From: Thermoproteus sp.
Lineage (GTDB): Archaea > Thermoproteota > Thermoprotei > Thermoproteales > Thermoproteaceae
DNA length: 58,255 nucleotides
Direction: 5' to 3'
NCBI GenBank assembly: GCA_049976425.1
Contig: JBMFIG010000008.1
Coordinates: forward strand, 1 to 58,255
Below the pieces are notes generated by a model that was not told where the DNA came from, searched no databases, and worked only from the letters and a program-made list of their open reading frames with translations. The position numbers and the translations under genes were made by a program. Below, one piece after another: positions 40,219 to 49,768 of the stretch. Each line of letters begins with the position of its first letter. The stretch's first letter is position 1.

Positions 40219-41780
40219 ATCAAGATAAACGCCACGAAGGCGACGAGCGCCGCGGCGCCCGCCGCGTATAGGTACACCTCTACGCCGATCTCCGAGAGCT
40301 TGGCCGACGCCCTCCTCACAGCCCCGACGAGCTTTAGGTGGAGCGCGTCGTCGACCGCCTTGTCTGCTACAGCCGCCGCGCCGGCCAGAGCCCTCCAGAG
40401 GGAGCCCGCCGACAGCAGAGCTCTATCTATGCGCGAGTCCAGCGAGCCCACGGCCCGGGCGGCCGCCAGGAGGCCTCCGCCGACGGCGGCGAACAGCTCC
40501 GGCAGATACAAGCGCCTCTCCATGGGCCTAAACGGAGGCGCCTTGTATAGGGCGAGCCCGGCGAGGGCTAGGAGCCAGAGCGGGCTCGGCGCAGTGGCCG
40601 GGGCGGCGAAGGCCAACGCGGCTGAGGCCAGGGCTATGGCCGAGAGCGGCGACCAAGCCCTCTCGGTGCTTGAGCCCAGCAGAAGCCTCCCGACGTAGCC
40701 CGCCGTCAGGAAGGAGAACGGGAGCTCCCAATCGGGCAGAAGCGATTTAGCAACCGCGCCGGCCGGCGTGAGGCCCAGCAGAGTGGCGAGCGACAGCGCC
40801 ATCGCGGCCTTGGCGACGGCGCCGTGGGATCCCGGGAGCCTCGTCCCATGTCTATGTATGGACTCGCCGACGGCCATGAAGAGGGCGGCCTTGGCGAAGC
40901 CGTGGGCGATCAAAAGCGCCGTCGCCCCGGCCGGATCGGTCAAGGAGAACGCGGTGGCCAGGCCTAGGTAAGACGCCGTGGACGCCGCCAGGAGGACCTT
41001 GGGCTCCCTCTGCCACAACGCCGTCAGCCCTCCGTAGACGGCCGTGGCGAGGCCTACGGCGAGGGCGTAGGGCCAGTAGTGGGCGAGCGGGCCGTGCAAC
41101 CTGACGAGGAGTATAGGCCCCGCCGCGACCATAGTCGCGCTGTGGAGCAGAGCCGACACGGGCGTCGGCGCCGACATGGCGGTCATGAGCCAGTCGGTGA
41201 AGGGGATCTGGGCCGATTTGACGAAGGCGGCGATGAGTATCAAGGCGGCGATCGCCGGGGGCAGATCGCGCCAGAGGCCTATATCCGGGCCGTACGCGGC
41301 CGCCGCGGCGGCGAGGCCCACCGCGAGCGCTGCTGTGCCCAGCTCCACGGTGGCTATGGCCCTCAGAGCTGAGGCCGAGGGCCTCCAGAGCCATTGGAGG
41401 AACCTCCCGCGGGCTCCGTCGCCCACAAGCCCCAGCTCCTCGTCGTCTCTATACGTCAATATCAAGGCCCAGCTGGCGGCGTCGAGCCCTCCCCACCCGG
41501 CCAGGATCCACAGCCAGTTGTTCGATGTGAGGAAGAGCAACATGGATCCGTAGAAGACGTCGAGCCAGGCCCAGTACCACCCCCTCCTCTCCACGTCGTC
41601 CACATACCACAGGGAGTATAGCGCCGTGAGGAGGAAGACGAAGTTCAGCAGATCCAAGAGGGGGTCGCCGAGGCCCGACAGCGCGATAACGGCTACGGCC
41701 GCGGCTACGGCCGCGGCGCCTCTCTTGGTCGCGGCGTCTACGGCCGAGGCGGCGAAGGGTATCAACGGCGCTATATCCAT
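40215..41780 (-). CDS. nuoL: NuoL-like antiporter subunit
   Basis: KSAQIPFTDWLMTAMSAPTPVSALLHSATMV and HGFAKAALF motifs. Confidence 0.92.
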   Translation of the reverse strand: MDIAPLIPFAASAVDAATKRGAAAVAAAVAVIALSGLGDPLLDLLNFVFLLTALYSLWYVDDVERRGWYWAWLDVFYGSMLLFLTSNNWLWILAGWGGLDAASWALILTYRDDEELGLVGDGARGRFLQWLWRPSASALRAIATVELGTAALAVGLAAAAAAYGPDIGLWRDLPPAIAALILIAAFVKSAQIPFTDWLMTAMSAPTPVSALLHSATMVAAGPILLVRLHGPLAHYWPYALAVGLATAVYGGLTALWQREPKVLLAASTASYLGLATAFSLTDPAGATALLIAHGFAKAALFMAVGESIHRHGTRLPGSHGAVAKAAMALSLATLLGLTPAGAVAKSLLPDWELPFSFLTAGYVGRLLLGSSTERAWSPLSAIALASAALAFAAPATAPSPLWLLALAGLALYKAPPFRPMERRLYLPELFAAVGGGLLAAARAVGSLDSRIDRALLSAGSLWRALAGAAAVADKAVDDALHLKLVGAVRRASAKLSEIGVEVYLYAAGAAALVAFVAFILI

Positions 41781-43006
41781 GGCGCCAGCATGAGGGCGTA
41801 GGGCGCGGCGGCGGCGAGGATCATGGGCACGGCCATGGCGAGCGGCGGGCTGGCCTCGCTCCTCCCCGCCCTATAGAGCTTGTCGAAGAGGTAGAAGTTG
41901 TAGACGGCGGTGGCGAACAGCGCCGCGTAGAGCGCTGGGGCGAGGCCGGGAGGGGAGTAGAGGGCGAGGTAGGCCTTGCCCAGAAGGGCTATGCCGAAGA
42001 CCCCGGCGAGCGCCACGAGGCCCAGCGCGGATCCGGCGAAGGTCCACGGATCCAGCCGCAGGAAGCCCAGCCTCCTCTCGTTCTGCGTGGCTATCCCTAT
42101 TCCTGACACCATGAACATAGCCGCCTTGGCCAAGGCGTGGCCCACGAAGAGCAGTACCGCGGCCTGCCAATCGCCCAACGCCGCGGCGGCCACGAGGAGG
42201 CCCATGTTGGCTATGGTCGAGTCGGCGAGCGCCCTCTTCAAGTCGGCCTCTCTGAAGACCAGCAACGAGCCGTACACGGCGGTGGCGGCGCCGTAGAGGG
42301 CGAGGTAGTAGCCGGATATCGGCGTGCGGGGCAGTATCTGGAGGAGCCAGTAGGCCATGAGGCCTACGTGGATCGGCGACAGCAACGCCGAAAGGGGCGT
42401 GGGGGCCTCGGCGTGTGCGTAGGGGAGCCAGTAGTGGACGCCGGCGGTCCCCATCTTGACCAACAAGCCGAAGACGGCCAGCAGAGCGGGGGCTAGAGGC
42501 ATGGCGTAGGGCGGGAGGTAGCCTCCGGAGACCACGGCGCCTATGAGAAACGCTATGGAGCCTATCTGGGACCATATGAAGTACATGACGCCTATCCTGG
42601 CCCTATCGCCGTAGCCGAAGTAGTATATGAGCAGGAAGCTCGTCACGACCGCCAGCTCCATGGCGAGGAAGGCGTAGATCAAGTTGTCGAAGGCCGGGAT
42701 GAGCTCCAGCGATATGACGTAGAGGGCCAAGACGCCGTAGAACCACCTCCCCAGCCCTCTATGCTCGGCGTATTCCTTCGAGTAGGCCAACACGGCGAGG
42801 CCCAGCAAAGCCGTAGTCGCTATGAACGGCTCGGCGGCGCCGCCGAAGTTGAGCGAGGCGGGGCCTATATACGGCAGGGATCCCAGCTCCTCGCGTCTGC
42901 CGAGAGCCAGCAGGGTCAGCGCCACGGAGGCCGCGGACGGGGCCAGGCCCAGCCTCAGCCCGAGGAGGGCCAGAGCCGTCGCCGCTATCAACACGTACTC
43001 AATCAT
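41771..43006 (-). CDS. nuoM: NuoM-like antiporter subunit
   Basis: AMELA, VKMG...HYWLPYAHAEAPTP and DLKRALA motifs. Confidence 0.9.
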   Translation of the reverse strand: MIEYVLIAATALALLGLRLGLAPSAASVALTLLALGRREELGSLPYIGPASLNFGGAAEPFIATTALLGLAVLAYSKEYAEHRGLGRWFYGVLALYVISLELIPAFDNLIYAFLAMELAVVTSFLLIYYFGYGDRARIGVMYFIWSQIGSIAFLIGAVVSGGYLPPYAMPLAPALLAVFGLLVKMGTAGVHYWLPYAHAEAPTPLSALLSPIHVGLMAYWLLQILPRTPISGYYLALYGAATAVYGSLLVFREADLKRALADSTIANMGLLVAAAALGDWQAAVLLFVGHALAKAAMFMVSGIGIATQNERRLGFLRLDPWTFAGSALGLVALAGVFGIALLGKAYLALYSPPGLAPALYAALFATAVYNFYLFDKLYRAGRSEASPPLAMAVPMILAAAAPYALMLAPWI

Positions 43007-43223
43007 GGCTCAGCTTGAAGGCCGCCGCGACTAGCAGGAGCGTGTCGGCCACCCCGACCGCCGACGCTACCGCGACCATGTTAGGATCGCCCGAAGACAC
43101 CGCGGCGGCTATGGCGCCCAGCACGACCAGCTCGGCCCCTATGATAGTCCTCACCCTATCTCTGGCGGCCAATACCACGACGAGGCCCGCCGCTATTAGG
43201 GCTATGGGGAGCGCCGCGTTCAC
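42999..43223 (-). CDS. nuoK: NuoK-like subunit
   Basis: Three TM helices with the conserved Glu (IIGAEL); position between nuoJ and nuoM. Confidence 0.8.
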   Translation of the reverse strand: MNAALPIALIAAGLVVVLAARDRVRTIIGAELVVLGAIAAAVSSGDPNMVAVASAVGVADTLLLVAAAFKLSHD

Positions 43224-43615
43224 GGCCTCCCGATCCTCGCCGCTATTAGGAGCGAGAAGAGCACAAGCGCCGCCGCCGGCAACAACAGCTGGGGGTCCAG
43301 AGGCTTGGGCTGGGCCGGTCCCTCCGGCAGTAGGGCCAGCGCCGAGAGGGCCAACGGCAACGCGGCGTAGGGCTTGAGCGAGATCTTGGCCCCGTTCTCC
43401 GACACGGCCGCCGCGGCGACTATCACGAGCACGAGGGCCGAGGCGATGTAGGCCAGGGCCACCAACACGAAGAGCGGCTCCATGCCGAGCGCGGCCGCGT
43501 AGGCGGCGGTCACGAGGCCCACGACCAGTAGAGAAAAGGCGGCGAGGACGTTGTCCTTTGTCTTAAGTATGGCGAGGGTCCCCAAGGAGGCGAGGAGGAC
43601 GAAGGCTAGGTCCAT
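43220..43615 (-). CDS. nuoJ: NuoJ-like subunit
   Basis: KDNVLAAFSL...LAYIASALVL; about 5 TM helices; ATG 43615 follows the TATA at about 43636-43643. Confidence 0.8.
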   Translation of the reverse strand: MDLAFVLLASLGTLAILKTKDNVLAAFSLLVVGLVTAAYAAALGMEPLFVLVALAYIASALVLVIVAAAAVSENGAKISLKPYAALPLALSALALLPEGPAQPKPLDPQLLLPAAALVLFSLLIAARIGRP

Positions 43616-43705
43616 GGCCCTCTGTTCAGGATTCATTATAAATATTTCCAATGGTGTATGTAAATAGCTTCAATATCTAATGAGGAAAATTATAGTTATC
43701 TAAAA

Positions 43706-44287
43706 TTATCGATGGGCCGCGGCGCGTACTCTGAGGATCCCAGGCGCCGTCGCGAGCTCCTTTATCTCGTAGCCGAGCTCCTCCAGGAGGCACCTCACGG
43801 CGGCGGCCGTCACCTCCACGCTCTCGAGGCTGTAGCCGACCCCCACGGCGTCCAGCGAGAACTCCCCGCCCTCCGCCCTCACCTCGAACCTCCTGGCGGG
43901 AACCGCCTTTGTTATGTAGGGGGCCAGCTTCACGGCGTTTTCAAGCCCGCCGAAGAACGCCTTTATGTAGCTGGCGAGCATCCTCCCCGCCTCGCACCAG
44001 GCCTTGCCCACGGCGTCTGGGTTCGCCTTGTACATCTCGACGACCATTCTGTCCAGGAGCCTGCCGGGGACCGGCACGGTCTCCAGCTCTGTTATGACTC
44101 TGTAGAAGAGGGCTATATCCCTTATCTGGCCCGCGCTGTAGCCCTGCCTCACGAGCTCCAGCCCGGTGCCCAACAGCTGGTTGGCCAAGGCGTACTGCGT
44201 CATGCCCAGCTCCTCGGCCGTAGCCGCTAGGGCGTCGGCGACTTCCTTCGCCACGGCTATGTTTACTCTGTCCTTCCTCTGGCTCAC
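43706..44287 (-). CDS. Hypothetical protein with an N-terminal ribbon-helix-helix-like region
   Basis: RVNIAVAKEVADAL...GMTQYALANQLL; TATA at about 44307-44313. Confidence 0.75.
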   Translation of the reverse strand: MSQRKDRVNIAVAKEVADALAATAEELGMTQYALANQLLGTGLELVRQGYSAGQIRDIALFYRVITELETVPVPGRLLDRMVVEMYKANPDAVGKAWCEAGRMLASYIKAFFGGLENAVKLAPYITKAVPARRFEVRAEGGEFSLDAVGVGYSLESVEVTAAAVRCLLEELGYEIKELATAPGILRVRAAAHR

Positions 44288-44416
44288 GGCACTGAGCTTT
44301 TAGAGGTATAAATACATATGTGCCGGAGGTATGTGGGCATTTCTGTTCAAAATCGCCGGCTCTATATAGGCCGGCGGCCGGAAACAAAACTTATATATCG
44401 AGGCGATCTGGGGCAT

Positions 44417-46002
44417 ATGTCGGGGATCGGGTCGAAGTTCTCGACACGACGTTGAGAGACGGGGCGCAGGGCGCCGCCGTCTCCTTCACCCTCGAGGACA
44501 AGATAAGGATCGCCCTAAAGCTCGACGAGGTCGGCGTCGACTACATAGAGGGCGGCTGGCCCTACTCGAACCCCAAGGACCGCGAGTTCTTCAAGGCCAT
44601 GAAGCGCTACGGGCTGTCGAGGGCCAAGCTGGCCGTGTTCGGCAGCACCAGGCGGAGGGGCGTCAGGCCGGAGAGAGACGAGAGCTTGAACTCGTTGGTG
44701 GAGGCCGACGTGCCGGCGGCTGTGATATTCGGCAAGAGCTGGACCCTCCACGTGAGGGAGGTGCTGGGCGCCACCTGGGAGGAGAACTTGTCCATGATCG
44801 CGGAGAGCGTGGAGTATCTGAGGAGCCACGGCATGGAGGTTATATACGACGCCGAGCATTTCTTCCAGGGGTATCAAGAGGATCCAGAGATGGCTCTGGC
44901 CTCTATAGAGGCGGCTTGGAGGGCCGGCGCCCGCGTAGTCGTGCTCGCCGACACCAACGGCGGCACACCGCCGCACGAGATCTACAGAATCGTCCGCGAG
45001 GTCAGGGAGAGGTTCCCCGCGATGCCTCTGGGGGCCCACATGCACAACGATATAGGGTGCGCCGTCGCCAACACCCTCATGGCGGTGGCCGCCGGGGCGA
45101 GGCACGTGCAGGGGACCATAAACGGCATCGGGGAGAGGACCGGCAACGCCGATCTGACCGCCGTGTTGCCGACGCTGGAGCTCAAGATGGGGCTGAGGGT
45201 GCTCCGCGACGAGCCTCCCGGCGTCAAGTTCGGCAGGCTTAGGGAGGCCTCGCGGCTCGTCTACGAGGCTCTGGGCGTCCAGCCCAACCCCTACCAGCCC
45301 TACGTCGGCGACTTCGCCTTCGCCCACAAGGGAGGGGTCCACGCAGACGCCGTCATGAAGGTGCCGAGGGCGTATGAACATATCGACCCGGCGCTTGTGG
45401 GCAACAGAAGGGTCATAGTGGTGTCCGAGGTCGCCGGAGGGGCCAGCCTGGCCCTCAAGGCGGCCGAGGAGCTCGGCCTTTCGCTCGACAAGAGGAGCGA
45501 GGCCGTGAGGCATGCGCTGGAGGAGATAAAGGCGTTGGAGAGGGAGGGCTACTCCTTCGACGCGGCGCCGGCCTCCGCCCTCCTCATACTGATGAGGCGC
45601 CTCGGCATCCACAAGGAGAGGTTCAAGCTCCTTGAGTGGAGGGTCGTGACGGGCCCGACGTCGTCGGCGTACGCGGTGGTCAAGGTCAACGTAGGCGGCA
45701 GGGAGGTCCTAGAGGCGGGGGAGGGCGTCGGCCCGGTCCACGCCGTTGATGTGGCCCTGCGGCGCGCCCTCACGTCGGCCTTCCCGGAGCTACAGAGGAC
45801 CTATCTGAGGGACTACAGAGTGGTTCTGCCCACGGCCGTGAAGAGCACGGAGAGCATAGTGCGGGTGACCGTGGAGTTCTCGGACGGGGATAGGGTTTGG
45901 CGGACCGTCGGCGTGTCGAGCAACGTGGTGGAGGCCTCCATAAAGGCCATAATAGACGCCTACGACTTCGCCCTCCAGCTAGACGGCTTGAATCTTCATT
46001 AA
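44417..46002 (+). CDS. cimA: Citramalate synthase (LeuA/CimA family); apparent single-base frameshift just after the start codon
   Basis: DTTLRDGAQG, GGWPYSNPKD, DAEHFF, HMHND, GERTGNA, AHKGGVH and the C-terminal GVGPV regulatory domain. ATG 44417 is out of frame by one base. Confidence 0.88.
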
Positions 46003-46021
46003 GCAGTAGCCGCCCTCCGAC

Positions 46022-47167
46022 GTGTCGCAGAGCAACATACTGCTCGTCACTCTTTGGGCAAAGCCCGAGCAGGTGCTGGCCTCTCTGCCCGAGGACGTGC
46101 GGCGTATGGTCGCCGCGGCGACCGCCCTATACAGCAAAGACGGCGTGAACCACCTCCTGGCGTCGCTCGCCGAGAGGCTCCTCTCAGTCGACACCGTCAT
46201 CGTGTACGGCCCCGACCTTACGGGCTCGGGCCAGGCCTTGATAGAGGCTCTTGAGGGGCGATGCGGCGACTGGGCCAGAATCCCCTGCGAGAGGCTGGGC
46301 GAGCTCGGGGTAGCCGTCGTCGACTTGAGGAAGGCGTACGGCGACCCCGCTAGGCTCGCCGAGGAGGTGAGGGCGAGATATAGGCCCAGGCCGCCTCGTA
46401 GAAGAGTCGAGATGCCCATCTCCCCTCCGCGGGGGAGGCCCGGCTACCCCAAGCCCGTCGGCTGGGGGCTGATATACGACACGTCTCCCTACTACCTCTG
46501 GGTAAAGGCGCTGGACTACGCGCTGACCTACGGCAATTGGGAGGGAGGGCTGAGGACGTCCCTCGTGGCCCAGCTAGGCCTCTGGGGGAGCAGGCCGGAG
46601 TGGAGGGGGCCGCCGCCGGCCCGACGGGGGGTATGCCCCCTGGACGAGGTCGGCCGCGTTCTCTCCGGCGCCCTCGCCGAGCGGCAGGCCGGCGCGTGCC
46701 GCGTTCTGTCGGCCCGGCGGGCGGGGGGCTGGGCCTCCGCCGACGTGCTGATAGGGGGTTGCGAGCTGGTCGAGGGATTTCCGGGCGAGCTGTTGGCGGT
46801 GGCCGAGGCGTTCGTCGAGGCCTCCGAGGGGGCCGGGCTGAGGCCGGGCCTGCTGTCGTTCCTGCTCCTAGACGCCTATATCCCCGCCGAGGTTCTGGAT
46901 AGGGCTACCGGCATCGTCGAGGCGGAGTGGAGGACCGCCTATTCGAGGGACGTATACGATCCCAGGGGGAACTTCGTGCTGGGGCCCGACGGTCTGCTCC
47001 ACTACACCGACGAGGGGATCCTATATAGGGCGTTGGGCGGAGGGCGGGAGGTGGCGGCGAGGGAGGCCGCGAAGCTGTTGCCGGGGCACGCCTTCTACCT
47101 AGGCGAGGAGACTACGGCGAGGAAGCTCCTTGGCGATAGGTATAGACAGGAGGAGTGGAGGCTGTAG
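46022..47167 (+). CDS. MtrA-like / degenerate thymidylate-synthase-like / DUF4346 multidomain protein
   Basis: N-terminal TLW...LYSKDGVNHLL...GPDLTGSGQAL; C-terminal DPRGNF...HAFYLGEE...YRQE. Confidence 0.65.
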   Translation: MSQSNILLVTLWAKPEQVLASLPEDVRRMVAAATALYSKDGVNHLLASLAERLLSVDTVIVYGPDLTGSGQALIEALEGRCGDWARIPCERLGELGVAVVDLRKAYGDPARLAEEVRARYRPRPPRRRVEMPISPPRGRPGYPKPVGWGLIYDTSPYYLWVKALDYALTYGNWEGGLRTSLVAQLGLWGSRPEWRGPPPARRGVCPLDEVGRVLSGALAERQAGACRVLSARRAGGWASADVLIGGCELVEGFPGELLAVAEAFVEASEGAGLRPGLLSFLLLDAYIPAEVLDRATGIVEAEWRTAYSRDVYDPRGNFVLGPDGLLHYTDEGILYRALGGGREVAAREAAKLLPGHAFYLGEETTARKLLGDRYRQEEWRL

Positions 47168-47199
47168 CGGCGCCAAGTTTTTAAGGCAACGCCCCGACA

Positions 47200-48035
47200 T
47201 TGGTGGTGGAGATAGCCGACCTCAAGAGGCTTCTGCGGGAGCTCGCCCGCGAGGATCCCGCGTTTCTACGGGATCTCTTCCTCGAGGCGCTCCGCGGAGA
47301 CGGCCGATCTGCCGCCGAGCTCCTCGACCTCATGCTCCGCCACGAGGAGGTCCGGCTGAAGCTCGCCAAATCCCTATTGGGCGAGTGGCCATACCGCTGA
47401 ACGTCGCCACCAAGGACGACGTAAAGAGGCTGGAGGAGGCCGTGGCGGCTATAAGAGACGACGTGAGAAGGCTTGAGGCGGTGATGGCCACCAGAGACGA
47501 CATCAGGAGGCTGGAGGGGGTGATGGCTACTCGGGACGACATAAAGAGACTGGAGACGGCCATGGCGACGAAGGAAGAGCTAAAATTACTAGAGGAGAAG
47601 ATGGCGACGAAGGAGGATCTGAAGAGGTTGGAGGATAGGATGGCCACTAAGGAGCAGTTCGAGGACCTCGCCGTGTCTCTGGAGGAGACGGCGCGTTCCT
47701 GGATATCACACCTTCTGAAGAGCAAAGGCCATCTCTGCGCCGCGGAGCGCTTGGTCATACCCGGCGCCTACGAGATCGACGTGTATTGCAGAGCCGAGGC
47801 CGTCACGGTGATCGGCGAGGCCAAGGTGAGGGCCGGCGCCTCGGTGGTCGAGAAGGCCGCCCAGAGAGCCGCCTACATAGCCTCTACGCGGCCTCATCTG
47901 GTCTCCGGCAGATTAGTGCCTGCCGTCTTCACGCTGGCCGCCAACCCCGACGCCGTCGACGCGGCGAGGCGTCTGCACGTCTGGCTCGTGGAGTGGAACA
48001 GAGAGGTCGTTCCTCTTGAGGAGGCGATTGGCTAG
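47200..48035 (+). pseudogene. Frameshifted paREP7-like coiled-coil/PD-(D/E)XK gene
   Basis: ORF 47200-47400 (...LAKSLLGE) joins the next frame (VAIPLNVATKDD...) if one G is restored at about 47385 (GAG GTG); C-terminal EIDVYC...IGEAK. Confidence 0.8.
47403..47657 (+). repeat. About 6.5 degenerate 39-bp tandem repeats (13-aa unit)
   Basis: VATKDDVKRLEEA / (V)AAIRDDVRRLEAV / MATRDDIRRLEGV / MATRDDIKRLETA / MATKEELKLLEEK / MATKEDLKRLEDR / MATKEQ. Confidence 0.88.
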
Positions 48036-48258
48036 AATCGGCCCTCTATAGACCTCATGCCGATATGCGTTCGGCATATGGCTGGCCCAGCCTTACTAAG
48101 CTCGACGGCTCCGTCACGTATACCCTATGCCCCCGCGTAGATTATCAGCATATTAGCCAGTTGTCCAAAAAACTTGTCCGTATACAGAGCATTAATAATG
48201 GCCTTAAACTAGGCCGCTGTCGATAATAATGTTAATAAGGCTTCTAACAAGAGGTTTT

Positions 48259-49764
48259 ATGCGGACAGGCCTAATTATAGGCATAGTGGTAGTAATAGTA
48301 GTCATAGCTATAATCGCCGCCTACCTAGCAACAAGGCCGCCGTCTCCCCCGCCCGCGCCCCCCGCCACCACCGTAACTACGTCGGTGGTCACCACCTCTG
48401 TGGTGACCGTGAGCGGCCAGCCCACGACGGTGACCGCAACAGTCACGGTCACCCAGCCTGCGACAACCACGCAGACGACCACGACAGCCCCGTCGACGAT
48501 AACCTTCTACACTTGGTGGGCCGGGCTGGAGAGATTCGCCATCGATGCGGTCATAGGCAACTTCACCAAGCTCTACGGCATAAACGTCGAGAAGACGGCT
48601 GTTCCGGGAGGCGCTGGCGTCAACGCGAAGATAGCTATCTTGACGCTCATACAGGCGGGCAAGCCTCCGGCCGCCTTCCAGGTCCACTGCGGGCCCGAGA
48701 TGATAAGCTACATATACGCCGCCCCCAACGGCGCCAGCAGTTTCGTTAACATGACGTCCTACGCCCAGCAGATAGGTCTAATACAGCAAGCCCCCGGCGT
48801 CGCCTGGGCCTGCTCCCTCAACGGCGCCATGTACTCCCTCCCGGTGAACGTCCACAGAGCTAACTTGATAATGTACAACAAACACCTTCTGGACAAGATA
48901 GGCGCATCTGTGCCCACCACGGTCCAAGACCTCCTTGCCGTGTGCCAGAAGGCGGCCGCCGCGGGCATACCCTGCCTCGTCCTGGGAGGCGCCGACCAGT
49001 TCACCCTCCTACAGACTTGGGAGAACATATTCCTGGCCGTGGCCGGCCCCTACAAGTTCATGCAGTTCCTGTACGGCACGTTGCCGCCGAACGATCCATC
49101 GATAACCCAAGCCACCCAGCTGTACCTTAACCTGACCAAGTACCTCTCGCCTGACTGGGCTGGCGTCGATTGGACCGGCGCTGTCGCCGACGTGGTGCAG
49201 GGCAAGGCGCTGGCCCACGTCGACGGAGACTGGGCGGTCGGCCTCATACACAACGTGTACCCCAACGTCGTCATGTGCACCGTGGACAACATAACTCCCA
49301 ACTGCGATGTCATATTCGCCCCGTTCCCCGGCACCCAAGGAGTCTACAGCCTCGTCATAGACTCCGTCGCCGTGCCCGTTGGGCCTGAGGCGCAGTACGG
49401 CATAAAGTTCGCGACGTTCTTCGCCGGGCCTAAGGGCCAGATGATATTCAACCCCATAAAGGGCTCCATAGCCACGTACAAGAACATAAGCTCGTCGATC
49501 TACCCGACAACGGTGCAACAGTGGGAGGCCCAGCAGTACCGCGACGCGAGGTTCTACGTTTTCTCGTTGACCCACGGCGGCTTGTTCTCGGACGTCTGGC
49601 AGAACCTGCTCCAGCAGGTAGTTGTGCTGACGCAGACCGGGAGGACCGATCTGTGGTACTCGACTGTGGCCAAGGCGCTCGCCACCGAGAAGCAGGAGTG
49701 GAGCGGCTGGTACATGGGCTTCCCCAACAGCAAGTTCTGGGGCAACGCCACGGCCACCTCCTAG
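48259..49764 (+). CDS. Sugar ABC transporter substrate-binding protein (glucose-binding type)
   Basis: N-terminal TM anchor, Pro/Thr-rich linker, YTWW...VPGGAG...FQVH...PVNVHRAN...GDW...KGSI. Confidence 0.9.
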   Translation: MRTGLIIGIVVVIVVIAIIAAYLATRPPSPPPAPPATTVTTSVVTTSVVTVSGQPTTVTATVTVTQPATTTQTTTTAPSTITFYTWWAGLERFAIDAVIGNFTKLYGINVEKTAVPGGAGVNAKIAILTLIQAGKPPAAFQVHCGPEMISYIYAAPNGASSFVNMTSYAQQIGLIQQAPGVAWACSLNGAMYSLPVNVHRANLIMYNKHLLDKIGASVPTTVQDLLAVCQKAAAAGIPCLVLGGADQFTLLQTWENIFLAVAGPYKFMQFLYGTLPPNDPSITQATQLYLNLTKYLSPDWAGVDWTGAVADVVQGKALAHVDGDWAVGLIHNVYPNVVMCTVDNITPNCDVIFAPFPGTQGVYSLVIDSVAVPVGPEAQYGIKFATFFAGPKGQMIFNPIKGSIATYKNISSSIYPTTVQQWEAQQYRDARFYVFSLTHGGLFSDVWQNLLQQVVVLTQTGRTDLWYSTVAKALATEKQEWSGWYMGFPNSKFWGNATATS

Positions 49765-49768
49765 TAGC

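Noticed and set aside
32554-43615. Interpretation as a group 4 [NiFe]-hydrogenase
   Set aside because: The large-subunit domain lacks both Ni-binding CxxC motifs, and no maturation genes are nearby.
47403-47657. Possible second CRISPR-like array
   Set aside because: Contiguous in-frame coding repeats with synonymous variation and no spacers.
48057-48077. Hairpin ATGCCGA-N7-TCGGCAT
   Set aside because: Seven-bp arms, single occurrence and about 180 bp from the next gene; chance cannot be excluded.
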